Source: Bacilli bacterium (lineage in GTDB: Bacteria > Bacillota_I > Bacilli_A > RFN20 > CAG-826). Taken from it: DNA of 58,225 nucleotides. The notes below the pieces were generated by a model. The model was given only the letters and a program-made list of their open reading frames with translations. It searched no databases and was not told where the DNA came from. The translations under genes were made by a program, and so were the position numbers. Shown here in pieces: positions 10,897 through 21,347 of this stretch. Within the stretch, counting starts at the first letter, position 1, and the number at the start of each line of letters is the position of its first letter. The stretch covers positions 1 to 58,225 of the forward strand of contig JBGUXN010000019.1 in the NCBI GenBank assembly GCA_045222195.1. The letters are read 5' to 3'.

Positions 10897-12114
10897 TCAT
10901 TTAATTAAGTTTTTCATATAAGCCGCAAAAGCTAAAGAGCCAGTCACTAAGATGGCATCTTCAGGATATTGAGCCTTTAATTCCTCTAATGCAGCAAGGG
11001 CATCATCTTTGAATGGATAGTCTTCAATGAATAAGAAATAATCTTCCATTTGTCTGGCTCTTCTATTTGGGAAAGTAGTAAGAGTAATATCGCTAGCATA
11101 TTCCCCTAAATAAGAGAGCATTCTTTCAATATTCTTGTCGGTGAAACAGGCAAATAAGACATGCACGGGTCTACTTTCTGCCACTGATGGTATGGATTTG
11201 ACCATGTTTTGCACACCTTCTGGATTATGTGATCCATCGATGATAATTAATGGGGAGGTGGATGCAATTTCCATACGAACAGGCATGAAGGTATTGATTA
11301 AACCTTCTTTGATTTGTTCTTCGTTAACTGGATATTTATCAAGTAAGGCATTTACTGTTTCAATTGCGATGCAAGCATCTTTTAAAGAATAGAAAGCTGC
11401 ACTATTGATACGTAAATCTTTATAAGTCATATAATTAAATGAATAGCCAAAATTGCTATACACTACATTTGCAGGTTCAACTGATGAGCGTAAAGAACAC
11501 TTTTTATCCTTAGTAACTTCGACAATTGTGTTAATTGCTTCTTCATCTAAGATGCCAGTAATGACTGGAACTTCATCCTTAATAATGCCTGCTTTTTGAT
11601 AGGCAATTTCACATAAAGATCTGCCTAAATAAGCAGTGTGTTCAAGGCTTATTGAAGTGATGATTGAAGCGATTGGTTTAAAGACATTTGTGGCATCAAT
11701 TTCGCCACCCATTCCGCATTCAATAATTGCTAAATCGACACCTTGTTTTTGGAAGTAATTTAAAGCAATAAATGTTTGAATTTCAAATGGTGATAATGAG
11801 TACTTTTTGAAGAGTTTTTCGTTATCGTTAATGGCCTTAATAAAGTCATCGTCAGAGATGTCATTTCCATTGATATTAATCATCTCATTTACCTTGTTTA
11901 AAGCAGGGGAAGTAAAGAGGCCAACTTTAAGCCCAAAAGCTCTATAAATATTCGCTAAATAATTAGCGGTACTGCCTTTGCCGTTGCTACCCGCAATATG
12001 GATGGAAGGGACGTTATATTTAAAGCCTACTTTCTTAAGAAAATCATCAAAGTTTTCCCTTTGATAATCGTCCTTATAAAGCTCATCAAAATACTTGTTT
12101 AAATCGATGTTCAT
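10897..12114 (-). CDS. folC: Folylpolyglutamate synthase / dihydrofolate synthase
   Basis: IHIAGSNGKGST, GLFTSP, ECGMGGEIDATNV, KAGIIK, DGSHNPEG, VTGSL. Confidence 0.95.
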   Translation of the reverse strand: MNIDLNKYFDELYKDDYQRENFDDFLKKVGFKYNVPSIHIAGSNGKGSTANYLANIYRAFGLKVGLFTSPALNKVNEMININGNDISDDDFIKAINDNEKLFKKYSLSPFEIQTFIALNYFQKQGVDLAIIECGMGGEIDATNVFKPIASIITSISLEHTAYLGRSLCEIAYQKAGIIKDEVPVITGILDEEAINTIVEVTKDKKCSLRSSVEPANVVYSNFGYSFNYMTYKDLRINSAAFYSLKDACIAIETVNALLDKYPVNEEQIKEGLINTFMPVRMEIASTSPLIIIDGSHNPEGVQNMVKSIPSVAESRPVHVLFACFTDKNIERMLSYLGEYASDITLTTFPNRRARQMEDYFLFIEDYPFKDDALAALEELKAQYPEDAILVTGSLAFAAYMKNLIK

Positions 12115-12115
12115 A

Positions 12116-12571
12116 TTAGACTTCCTTCCCTTCTTTTAATCCGCGTTTAATATCTCTTTGTTTGATAGATTCGCGCTTATCATAGAGTTTCTTGCCTTTG
12201 GCAAGAGCAATCTCCATTTTGGCCTTACCTTTATGTAAGTAAACGCGTGTAGGTACGATAGTGTAGCCACCACGTTTGACCTTATCTTCGAACCATTTAA
12301 TTTGCTTTTTGTGGAGTAATAATTTTCTGGTTCTTAAAGGATCATGATTAAAGATGTTTCCTTTATCAAAAGGATTGATGTGCATGTTTAAAACTTCCAT
12401 TTCGCCGTTTCTAATAACGATATAACTATCGTTTAAGGAACATCCATGCCATCTTAATGATTTTATTTCAGTGCCCACTAAAACGAGGCCACATTCGGTA
12501 AAATCGCTTAAAAAGTAATTGAAATGGGGTTTCTTATTGGTAGTGATTATCTTAATGCCATCACCGTTCAT
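12116..12571 (-). CDS. smpB: SsrA-binding protein
   Basis: GLVLVGTEIKSLR, NHDPLRTRKLLLHKKQI, GKKLYDKR; ATG 12571 follows an AAGGAG RBS. Confidence 0.97.
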   Translation of the reverse strand: MNGDGIKIITTNKKPHFNYFLSDFTECGLVLVGTEIKSLRWHGCSLNDSYIVIRNGEMEVLNMHINPFDKGNIFNHDPLRTRKLLLHKKQIKWFEDKVKRGGYTIVPTRVYLHKGKAKMEIALAKGKKLYDKRESIKQRDIKRGLKEGKEV

Positions 12572-12710
12572 CAAATACTCCTTTATTAATACCAAGAAAA
12601 AATCTCAGTATTAAAACTATAGAGCAAAAATAAATCAAAAGCAAAGCTTGATTTATCAAATAGACTATTAGTTGTTATACAAAGTTAATAAATGTTGCTA
12701 AAATAAGACT

Positions 12711-13439
12711 ATGAAAAACCCATACGAAGAACTTAAAAAAATAATTAACGAATCAAATAGTATTGTAGTATTCACTGGTGCTGGTATTTCTGTACCAAGT
12801 GGTATTCCAGATTTTAGAAGCGCGGATGGAATCTACAATCAAAAAACCAAAATTCACGCTTCTCCCGAAGAAATCATCTCTCATTCTTTCTTCATGCATA
12901 ACCCAGAAGACTTCTATGAATTCTACAAAGAGAAAATGTGCTACCCAAAAGCTCAGCCAAATGCCGCACATAAATACTTTGCAGATTTAGAAAAGAAGGG
13001 TAAAAACGTAATTGTCGTAACTCAAAACATTGACGGACTCCATCAAAAAGCTGGAAGCAAAATTGTTTATGAATTGCACGGCACCATTCACCAAAATTTC
13101 TGCATGAAGTGCGGAAGACTTTTTGGTCTTGATTATGTCTTAAATTCTAAAGGTGTTCCTCACTGTGATAAGTGTGGCGGCATTGTCAAACCGGATGTCG
13201 TTTTGTACGAGGAAGGCTTAGACGAAAACACGATTGGCAGAAGCATCAACGCCATCATGACTTGCGACACAATGATCGTAATCGGAACCTCACTTAGAGT
13301 TTATCCAGCCGCTGGATTCATCCGTTATTTCAAAGGACGTAATTTAGTCGTCATCAATAAAGAATCTACATCATACGATAACATGTGCGATCTCGTATTT
13401 AATGAAGATGTTATAAATGTTATCAACCACATCAAGTAA
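12711..13439 (+). CDS. cobB: NAD-dependent protein deacylase (Sir2 family)
   Basis: TGAGISVPSGIPDFRS, TQNIDGLHQKAG, ELHG, two CxxC, KPDVVLY, GTSLRVYPAA. Confidence 0.95.
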   Translation: MKNPYEELKKIINESNSIVVFTGAGISVPSGIPDFRSADGIYNQKTKIHASPEEIISHSFFMHNPEDFYEFYKEKMCYPKAQPNAAHKYFADLEKKGKNVIVVTQNIDGLHQKAGSKIVYELHGTIHQNFCMKCGRLFGLDYVLNSKGVPHCDKCGGIVKPDVVLYEEGLDENTIGRSINAIMTCDTMIVIGTSLRVYPAAGFIRYFKGRNLVVINKESTSYDNMCDLVFNEDVINVINHIK

Positions 13440-13442
13440 AAC

Positions 13443-14099
13443 ATGAAAACAGTCATATTCGATTTAGATGGAACCGTTCTAAACACGCTAATTGATTTGA
13501 AAAACGCCGTAAATCACGGATTAAAAACTCGTAATTTGCCGGAAAAAGACCTAGAATTCGTCCGAAAGGCTATTGGAAATGGAACTCAGGTTCTAATCAA
13601 AAGATGTACTCCAGAATACCTAACAGACGAAGAAAGAGCGCTTGTTTTTACAGCGTTTAAAAACTATTACTTAGAACATTATGATGACTATACAAGACCA
13701 TTTGAAGGCATCAAAGAAATGCTTAAATCTCTTAAAGGAAAAGTTCGTTTAGCCTTGGTTTCAAACAAGGATGATGACCTTACAAGAATGCTAATCAAGA
13801 AAGAATTTGATGGTCTATTCGACATCGTTCAAGGAAGCTATTTTGATCAACCAAAAAAGCCTAATCCTTATTTAATTAATAAAATAATAAAAGAGAATAA
13901 GTTAGATAAAAAAGACTGTCTTTATATCGGTGATACCAACATCGATAAAGAGAGCGCAGACAACGCTGGACTACAATATCGACTAGTCAATTATGGTTTT
14001 AGAAACAAAGAAGAGTTAGAAAAAATGTGCCCTAACGACACATCGATTTCTACTGTTGAAGAACTACACAACGCTATAATGTTGTGGGTTAACTCATAA
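13443..14099 (+). CDS. HAD-family phosphatase (phosphoglycolate phosphatase-like)
   Basis: FDLDGT, SNK, KPNP, YIGDT..D motifs. Confidence 0.9.
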   Translation: MKTVIFDLDGTVLNTLIDLKNAVNHGLKTRNLPEKDLEFVRKAIGNGTQVLIKRCTPEYLTDEERALVFTAFKNYYLEHYDDYTRPFEGIKEMLKSLKGKVRLALVSNKDDDLTRMLIKKEFDGLFDIVQGSYFDQPKKPNPYLINKIIKENKLDKKDCLYIGDTNIDKESADNAGLQYRLVNYGFRNKEELEKMCPNDTSISTVEELHNAIMLWVNS

Positions 14100-14585
14100 T
14101 TTGGAAATTTTCTTTTCTACGTATTCTTTAATCTCTTCTCTAGGAACACTATAAGTTAACGAAAGTTCATCCATTAACATGTTTTCTGCAAAGCTCAACA
14201 TGTCAATATCGACTGGTCCTAACTTGATTTCAGTGTTGTTCTCTCCACCAATCAAATTATAAAAATAAAGTTGTCTGTATAAATAGGCGATTTCTTTAAC
14301 ATCACCTGAAGACAACTTTCTTTTATATGCATCTCTTCTTTGCTTGGTATTAGAGTTAAACTCTTTATTGATATCTTTGATATATCGCAGCAAATCATCT
14401 GCTTCTTTCTTGCTCATTAAAGGACGGATGATACTGCTGGCAGTATCAACTGGAACATAGATTGTTTCCCCACTATTGTGCTTAACACTCACGAGAAAAT
14501 AATCTTTACCGTTCATGTCTTTAATTCCGACAACTGTCGAAAGACCTTCGCGGCAATGTATAACGTTGTCGCTTATCTTAAACAT
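14094..14585 (-). CDS. CarD/CdnL-family transcription factor
   Basis: FKISDNVIH..EG, IYVPV, IRPLMSKKEA, KLSSGD, ELS pattern of CarD. Confidence 0.85.
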   Translation of the reverse strand: MFKISDNVIHCREGLSTVVGIKDMNGKDYFLVSVKHNSGETIYVPVDTASSIIRPLMSKKEADDLLRYIKDINKEFNSNTKQRRDAYKRKLSSGDVKEIAYLYRQLYFYNLIGGENNTEIKLGPVDIDMLSFAENMLMDELSLTYSVPREEIKEYVEKKISKL

Positions 14586-14631
14586 ACACCTTAATTATCA
14601 CATTTTTTGTCGATTTTTGTAAGTAGAAAAG

Positions 14632-14661
14632 AAAAAGACTTTCGTTTTTGAAAGCCTCTTT
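14632..14661 (-). terminator. Intrinsic terminator after the glmM operon
   Basis: Minus strand AGGCTTTC-N6-GAAAGTCT followed by a T-run. Confidence 0.7.
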
Positions 14662-14675
14662 ATCTATTGAATTAG

Positions 14676-15347
14676 TTATCGAATTTCCTTATTAACTACT
14701 TCGTTTTGATTTTTATAAATGCTGTTTTCTGGAACAACACCTCTAACCAAGCTTAATGGATAGACTTGACTATGGGATCCAATGATACTTCCTGGATTAA
14801 GAACTGCCTGACAACCGATGTCAGCGTAGTCGCCTAAAATAGCGCCGACTTTTCTTAAACCTGTATCTATTTCAACATCGCCATGAATGACCACGTTCTT
14901 TCCATCGCTCTTTAAATTAGAGCAGATGGAACCTGCGCCCATGTGCGCGTAATTTCCTAAAATTGAGTCTCCAACATAGTTATAATGTGGAGCTTGAACA
15001 TGGTGTAAAAGAATGCAGTTTTTGAACTCTGATGAATTACCTAATACACAGTTATCACCACAGATAAAATTACCTCTAATGAAGCAGCCTGGTCTAATCT
15101 CTGTGTTACTACCAATAATGGCTGGACCAATAATTGTTGCTGTATCTGCAATTGAAACATTCTCCCCAACGAGAACATCTTCTTTGAGGAGCTTATATCC
15201 AGGAATACCTTTGGCTAATAATTCTTTGACTAAGGCTTTAATTTGAGGAATCATCTCCCAAGGATATTCATATTTATCAAAGAAGTCCTTTACGTGAGAG
15301 ATGTCACACTTTATGAGGTCTTTTGTTAATATTACTTTCTTATTCAT
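14676..15347 (-). CDS. Left-handed beta-helix acyltransferase resembling the GlmU C-terminal domain
   Basis: Hexapeptide repeats, HYNYVGDSILG, GAGSICSN, GLRKVGAILGD; overlaps the glmM stop; no nucleotidyltransferase domain. Confidence 0.8.
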   Translation of the reverse strand: MNKKVILTKDLIKCDISHVKDFFDKYEYPWEMIPQIKALVKELLAKGIPGYKLLKEDVLVGENVSIADTATIIGPAIIGSNTEIRPGCFIRGNFICGDNCVLGNSSEFKNCILLHHVQAPHYNYVGDSILGNYAHMGAGSICSNLKSDGKNVVIHGDVEIDTGLRKVGAILGDYADIGCQAVLNPGSIIGSHSQVYPLSLVRGVVPENSIYKNQNEVVNKEIR

Positions 15348-16980
15348 TAATGAGATATCCTCTTTTCTTCAATAGAAGAACCATTTTTTCAATATAGCCT
15401 TCGCACTTAGTAGCGTTTTGGTGTTCAACCATAATACGAATCATTGGTTCTGTGCCACTTTTACGTAATGAGATACGACCGTCATTTCCAATCTCAAGAT
15501 TAATCTCGTTATATTTTTCAAGAACCTCACGATCTTCCATGACAGCATTCTTGTCAGTGACATAAACACTCTTGAGTCTTTGTGGGAACTCTTTGACTGG
15601 AGCGACGAGTTTGGAAAGCGATTCTTTTCTTTCTAACATTTCTTCAGTGACCATGATGGCGGTCAAGATGCCATCACCTGTTGTGGCGTATTTCTTGATG
15701 ATGATGTGACCAGATTGTTCACCGCCTAGAGAGTAGCCTTCTTCGTTCATTCTTTCTAAAACGAAACGGTCACCGACATCAGTTCGAACTGTTTTGATAC
15801 CGATGTTTTTAAGAGCCTTGACCAAACCTGAGTTAGACATGATTGTGGCTACGACAGTGTCTTTATCAAGTGAGCCTTCATTCTTAAGTTTGCTAGCGAG
15901 AAGATATAAGATTTTATCGCCATCAACAACCTTGCCATTTTCATCAATGGCTAAGCAACGGTCACTGTCTCCATCAAAGGCAAAACCGACATCTAATTTA
16001 TTTTCTTTGACTAATTTTATTAATCCTTCAATATGAGTGGAACCAGCGTTTAAATTTATATTTAAACCATCTGGATTATTGTTAATGATGTAAACTTGAG
16101 CGCCTAAAGCTTCAAAAACACTCTTAGCAATCATCCAAGAAGCCCCATTAGCGGTATCTAAACCAATTCTAAGTTTCTTCATAGAGTGTCTTGCTAAAGA
16201 GATGAGATAAGCAATGTATCTATTTCTACCAGAAGAGTAATCGGAAATGATGCCGATATTTTCTCTTTTCGCAAATGGTAAATCATTTTCTCCTTCTAAA
16301 CCCAAGGTTTTGAAGTCTCCATCAATATAAGCTTCCGCTAAGTAGGCAACAGCGTCCTCTAATTTTTCACCATGAGAATTGATGACTTTAATGCCGTTAT
16401 CATAGAAAGGATTATGTGAAGCAGTAATCATGACACCACAGTCAAAGCAGTCTTGTCTTACAATGTAAGAAACTGATGGAGTTGTGGTCACGTGGAGCAA
16501 ATCAACATCTGCGCCTGAAGCAGACGCTCCAGCCGCGACAGCGTATTCAAACATATAGGAAGATCTTCTCGTATCTTTACCGATAACAATCTTTGGTCGA
16601 TAGCCTGGCTTTTGCATGTTGTATTTTGGATTAGAATAGAACCAACCTAAGAAACGACCAATCTTATAAGCATTATCAGCGTTTAATAAATCATTAGCTT
16701 CCCCTCTAAAACCATCAGTGCCAAAGTATTTAGTCTTGATGTTTTCATTAGGTAATTTAATCTTCTTGCCGCGATGAATGACGATGTTATCATCAATCAT
16801 TTCATCCGCGCTGATTTTGAAAATAGAACAGAGTTCTCTTGTTTTATCTAATGGAGGCAAAACATCACCGTTTTCCCATTTAGATAATGATTGACGAGAG
16901 ACTTTTAAAATGTTTGATAACTCTTCTTGCGATATGCCGTTAACAATACGAAGATGAGTAATTTTCTCACCAATTGTCAT
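15340..16980 (-). CDS. glmM: Phosphoglucosamine mutase with an N-terminal XRE HTH
   Basis: KYFGTDGFRG, GKDTRRS, TASHNP, FDGDSDR, GGEQSGH, RKSGTEP; the first ~65 aa (MTIGEKITHLR...SQEELS...SRQSLSKWENG) are an XRE HTH; ATG 16980 follows TAAGGAG. Confidence 0.93.
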   Translation of the reverse strand: MTIGEKITHLRIVNGISQEELSNILKVSRQSLSKWENGDVLPPLDKTRELCSIFKISADEMIDDNIVIHRGKKIKLPNENIKTKYFGTDGFRGEANDLLNADNAYKIGRFLGWFYSNPKYNMQKPGYRPKIVIGKDTRRSSYMFEYAVAAGASASGADVDLLHVTTTPSVSYIVRQDCFDCGVMITASHNPFYDNGIKVINSHGEKLEDAVAYLAEAYIDGDFKTLGLEGENDLPFAKRENIGIISDYSSGRNRYIAYLISLARHSMKKLRIGLDTANGASWMIAKSVFEALGAQVYIINNNPDGLNINLNAGSTHIEGLIKLVKENKLDVGFAFDGDSDRCLAIDENGKVVDGDKILYLLASKLKNEGSLDKDTVVATIMSNSGLVKALKNIGIKTVRTDVGDRFVLERMNEEGYSLGGEQSGHIIIKKYATTGDGILTAIMVTEEMLERKESLSKLVAPVKEFPQRLKSVYVTDKNAVMEDREVLEKYNEINLEIGNDGRISLRKSGTEPMIRIMVEHQNATKCEGYIEKMVLLLKKRGYLINE

Positions 16981-17044
16981 ATGCTTGCTCCTTATGCTGT
17001 GTACTACCATCATACCGAAATATATGGTTGTTTGAAACACAAAT

Positions 17045-17060
17045 GTAAAGAATTCTTTAC
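17045..17060. promoter_or_regulatory. Perfect 16-bp palindrome in the glmM promoter region (candidate operator)
   Basis: GTAAAGAATTCTTTAC, lying within minus-strand TTGCCA-N17-TACATT and upstream of TTTCAA-N17-TATGAT. Confidence 0.5.
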
Positions 17061-17243
17061 TTAATGGCAAGTTAGTTATTTATTATAACTTTGTTATAAC
17101 TATAGTCGTTACTATTAGTAATTTCTGTTTACATCCCCTATTCTGCTTCATGCGAATGCGATATGTTTATCGTACATAATATGTTTTATACTAAAAACAT
17201 TGTGCATTTTATTGTTCGCTGAAATAGAATAATAAGTGGCGAA

Positions 17244-20042
17244 ATGAAAAAGTATAGCAAGAAGTATTGGGCTTTAAGGATTCTTTTCCTCGTTGCATAT
17301 TGTGCGGCTTCCGCAGTTTTAATTGTCGAATCTTGTTTACCAGTTGCGGAATCAGCGAAAAAATCCAATGCAGTCGGTGCCGTTGTCGGTGGTCTTGTTA
17401 ACGACATGAACGGTGACCAGGCAAAAGAAGTCTTGCCAACTAAAGTAATTATCAATAACAAGCAAACAGAATTTAAAGTTGGCGAAGAAGTCCAAATTGA
17501 TGTCACAACTGAACCAGAAGATGCAACATATCGTTCATATACATACTCATCCAACAATGAGGAAGTTGCCTCGATTGATGAAACTGGTCTTGTTAGTTTC
17601 TTAAGTGCGGGTACCGCAGTGATTACCGCGACCAACACTAAAGTTCCTGAAGTACTAGATACAATCACATTTACTGTTTCTAATATCGAAGTCACATCGA
17701 TGGCTTCTAGCATTAACGCTGAACTAAAAGACGATGTTTATATTCTTGAGGTCTATAAGACCTATGTCATTTCTAATATCATTGAGCCTGAAAGCGCCAC
17801 TGATAAATCAGTGACCTATGATTACGAAGTTAATTCATTCTTTGAAATCGTTGATGACACTATTCAAGTGAATGAGGATTCTGGAGATACTGTTTTCCCA
17901 ATTAATATTACCTGTGGTTCAATCACTAACACATTGAATGTAAAGACATATGCTCCTGCCCCTGTCGTTGAAGATTATCCAATTGAAGGATTAAAGGCTA
18001 GTAATACCACTAAGTATGTGGATCAAACATCAGCGTTCACACCAACAATTAGTTATATTCCAAGCTACACCTCAGCGAAATATAAGGGCTATACATTAAC
18101 AAGCGACAATGAATCAGTTGTCACTGTTCAATCAAATAAACTAAAACCAACTGGAACAGCGGGTTCCGCGAACATTACAGCGACGTCCACTTACGATGAA
18201 TCAATCACAACGACATTTAAGGTGACTGTCCAAAATAGACCAGGCATTACTAGCATTAAGCTTGGTAAGTATTCATCAGTTATGTATGTCGGTGCTTCTC
18301 AAACTGTCTCTGTCAGTGTCACACCAAGTACAGCGAAAGTCACTAAGACATTCTCTTCTAATAATACATCAGCGATTACCGTTACCAATGCGGGTAAATT
18401 GACCGCTAAAGCATTAGGTACGTCAACGATTACCGTCAAAGTAAAAGACTCATATGGTACGGAAAAAACCACAACGTTTAGCGTAGAAGTTGTTGAAAAA
18501 CCACTTAACTGTGCTTCTGATTTTGAAATTAATTATAAGCAAGGCGAAAATCCAGTGGTCTTTGCTGATGAAGAAATTAACTTAGATAGCTATTTCGGTA
18601 TTAAGAGCTTTGTGGGTAATACTGGCACACTTGATAACACAAAATACGAATTTAGCTTTGCTGTGAATCCTGAAGATGGTGAATACTCTAGTCATAAATA
18701 TACCGCTCATAAGGTCGGTGAAGTATCAGGCTTGATCACGTTTACCAATGAAGATGATAGCGTGATCTCTAAGGAGATTAGCTTCATGGTTATGGATAGA
18801 TTCTCTATCTATAAAGGAGAAGAAGAAATCTCCTCTCTCGATTTAGTGGTCTACACCACTGAGATTTTAACTATTAAAGATAATGGCTTAACTGGTCAAT
18901 CCTATAGGATTATTAATGAAAATAACCGCGCTATTATTGCAAGTTATGCTTCTAAGAGCATTACTATCACCGGTAAAGATGCTGGTAACGCGACATTAAA
19001 GGTTGTGCCTGTTATTAAACAAGAAGGCTTAGATGATATTGAATTAACTGAATACGCTAAAGAAGTCACATTTGTGGTTAGTGATATCATCTCATCTAAA
19101 TTAGATGTCACCATCTTTAAAGGTGATAATCCAATCGAAAACTTAGAAGAAACCATTCTCCTATATATGAATGAAACATTAAAAGTGGAATACGCTTTAG
19201 ATGAAAAAGTCACCAAGAGTAAAGTGACAATGCAACTAAATAACTCTAACGCTAAGATTAGAAATGGCGTTATTACACCATATAAGATTGGTAATACGAG
19301 ATTAACAATCACTGAAAGTGTTTCTGGTATTGTTAAAGAATACGACATTGCTGTCAGACATAAAGTCGCCTTAAAAGATGGCGTAGGACCATTCTCCTTA
19401 TCAGGTTTATTTGAATATGATGGAGAAACTAACACGATTACAATGACTAATGGTGATTCAGCGAAGATGGCTATTAACTTTACCGCTGATAGTTCATATA
19501 AGAAAGTTAACTATGAAGTTGATGATGAACATATCGTCTTAGTGGGTGATGATGGCACCATCACACCTTTAAAAGCGGGTTCCACTATGATCCATGTTTC
19601 TGTTAAAGATAGTAACTACACTTATATTGAATTTGATGTAAACATCACCATTAATAAACGTCCATTTATTACCGATATGAAGTCATTCTTCTTAAAGGTC
19701 AGAAAAGCACTTGGCCACTTTGGTGCTTTCGCGGTTGTTGGTTTATTAGGGGCAATCACTTGGTTCTTGTGGTTAAGAGGTAAGAAATGGTTCCCAGTCG
19801 GAGTATTTGCTAACTTTGCTTTAGGTTTTGGCTTATCTTGGTTAACCGAAGATATTCAAAAGTATGTACCGGGTAGATGTGGCTTATGGAGTGATGTCTG
19901 GCTCGACTTTGCGGGGTTCTCGTTACTCGCGGGTATTACCACTTTAACGATTGTCATTGTTTGGTTAACAAGATTAATCATCCGTTTAGTCAAAAAGAAA
20001 AAGGCTAATCAACAAATCAATGAGCAAAATAACGAAAACTGA
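17244..20042 (+). CDS. VanZ-like membrane protein with multiple bacterial Ig-like (Big_2-type) domains
   Basis: N-terminal TM; repeats such as YSSNNEEVASIDETGLVSFLSAGTAVITAT; C-terminal VRKALGHF...TEDIQKYVPGR....DVWLD VanZ signature. Confidence 0.85.
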   Translation: MKKYSKKYWALRILFLVAYCAASAVLIVESCLPVAESAKKSNAVGAVVGGLVNDMNGDQAKEVLPTKVIINNKQTEFKVGEEVQIDVTTEPEDATYRSYTYSSNNEEVASIDETGLVSFLSAGTAVITATNTKVPEVLDTITFTVSNIEVTSMASSINAELKDDVYILEVYKTYVISNIIEPESATDKSVTYDYEVNSFFEIVDDTIQVNEDSGDTVFPINITCGSITNTLNVKTYAPAPVVEDYPIEGLKASNTTKYVDQTSAFTPTISYIPSYTSAKYKGYTLTSDNESVVTVQSNKLKPTGTAGSANITATSTYDESITTTFKVTVQNRPGITSIKLGKYSSVMYVGASQTVSVSVTPSTAKVTKTFSSNNTSAITVTNAGKLTAKALGTSTITVKVKDSYGTEKTTTFSVEVVEKPLNCASDFEINYKQGENPVVFADEEINLDSYFGIKSFVGNTGTLDNTKYEFSFAVNPEDGEYSSHKYTAHKVGEVSGLITFTNEDDSVISKEISFMVMDRFSIYKGEEEISSLDLVVYTTEILTIKDNGLTGQSYRIINENNRAIIASYASKSITITGKDAGNATLKVVPVIKQEGLDDIELTEYAKEVTFVVSDIISSKLDVTIFKGDNPIENLEETILLYMNETLKVEYALDEKVTKSKVTMQLNNSNAKIRNGVITPYKIGNTRLTITESVSGIVKEYDIAVRHKVALKDGVGPFSLSGLFEYDGETNTITMTNGDSAKMAINFTADSSYKKVNYEVDDEHIVLVGDDGTITPLKAGSTMIHVSVKDSNYTYIEFDVNITINKRPFITDMKSFFLKVRKALGHFGAFAVVGLLGAITWFLWLRGKKWFPVGVFANFALGFGLSWLTEDIQKYVPGRCGLWSDVWLDFAGFSLLAGITTLTIVIVWLTRLIIRLVKKKKANQQINEQNNEN

Positions 20043-20057
20043 TAATATATTTGATAT

Positions 20058-21344
20058 ATGAATTACCGCTTACTATTTAATCTCTTTATTAATATTATTG
20101 GCGCATTCGTGCTCGTGGTTTTAATTCTTATTTCTGTTTTCTCTAACGTTGAAAAAAGAAAGACCGCTTATTTCTTCTTATGGTCTTTAGTGTCCGCGTT
20201 AATACCAACCTTAATTGCGGTTGCTTGTTACGCTGTGAGGTTTTCTCCTGACACACCATCATTTGTATTAAAGTTATTGGGCTCCTTATTATTTATTTCG
20301 CTTTATGGTGCCGCATATGCCTTTATGTTATATGCCTTAGACTTCAGTGGCATCTCAAAAAAGCTTAAGCGCGTTATTTATATCATCAACGCTATTATCG
20401 GAGTTGGCTTTACCGTTACTGTTGTAGTTGGAACATTCACCAACCTATTCTTTAACACTGATACTGAAAATGGCATTAGTTTATTAAAAACCAGTGTTTC
20501 ATTCATTCCTTATATTTATATTTGGTATTTATTCCTAGTAGAGATAGTTTTCCTTATCATCGCTAAGGGGCTTAAAGCTGGTGAAAAGATTGCTTTCTTA
20601 TCATTTATTAGCATTCCGACTGTCGCATTAGTGTTCCACGTTATTTATCCAGAATTATCAATATTTACATTCGCGATTATCGCTTCTTTCTTATCCTTGT
20701 TCTTATATTTCTATGTCCAAAGAGGTCTTATGATTCAACAACAAGAAAAAGAATTATCCGAGAAACAGATTGAATTAACTATTTCTCAAATTAGACCTCA
20801 TTTCATTTATAACTGTTTATCATCAATCTCGTACTTGTGTACGAAAGACCCGGAGCAAGCGGTTGAGGCTATCGATGATTTCTCCCAGTTCTTACGAGTC
20901 AACTTCTCTAATATTTCGCAAAATAAGATTGTGCCATTCACTCAAGAATTAGAGCACACGATGAAATACTTAAAATTAGAGAAGATGAGATTTGAAGAAC
21001 GAGTTAGAGTTTATTTTGATATTAAAGCGAATGACTTTGAAATCCCTTCATTAACATTACAACCACTTGTGGAGAACGCTGTTAAGCATGGTATATGTAA
21101 AAGAGCGGAAGGTGGCACTATTGTTGTTAAGACAAGTGAAACAGATAAAGAATATCTTGTTGAAGTGACTGATGACGGTGTCGGTTTTGATCCTAAAGTT
21201 CCACCAGATGATGGTAGAGTCCATGTTGGTCTTACTAACGTTGAAAGACGTTTAAAGAGTATGGTTAACGGTAAATTAGAAATTTATAGTAAAATAGGTA
21301 AAGGAACAAGGATGTCCATCCATATTCCTAAAAAAGGAGAATAG
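20058..21344 (+). CDS. Membrane sensor histidine kinase, LytS/YesM-type
   Basis: About 7 TM helices, SQIRPHFIYNCL H-box, LQPLVENAVKHG, DDGVGF, GLTNV, GKGT. Confidence 0.93.
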   Translation: MNYRLLFNLFINIIGAFVLVVLILISVFSNVEKRKTAYFFLWSLVSALIPTLIAVACYAVRFSPDTPSFVLKLLGSLLFISLYGAAYAFMLYALDFSGISKKLKRVIYIINAIIGVGFTVTVVVGTFTNLFFNTDTENGISLLKTSVSFIPYIYIWYLFLVEIVFLIIAKGLKAGEKIAFLSFISIPTVALVFHVIYPELSIFTFAIIASFLSLFLYFYVQRGLMIQQQEKELSEKQIELTISQIRPHFIYNCLSSISYLCTKDPEQAVEAIDDFSQFLRVNFSNISQNKIVPFTQELEHTMKYLKLEKMRFEERVRVYFDIKANDFEIPSLTLQPLVENAVKHGICKRAEGGTIVVKTSETDKEYLVEVTDDGVGFDPKVPPDDGRVHVGLTNVERRLKSMVNGKLEIYSKIGKGTRMSIHIPKKGE

Positions 21345-21347
21345 AAG

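Noticed and set aside
12711-13439. Sir2 protein as an anti-phage NADase (Thoeris/DSR type)
   Set aside because: It is a standard-length Zn-binding CobB-type deacylase in a housekeeping context, with no defence partner
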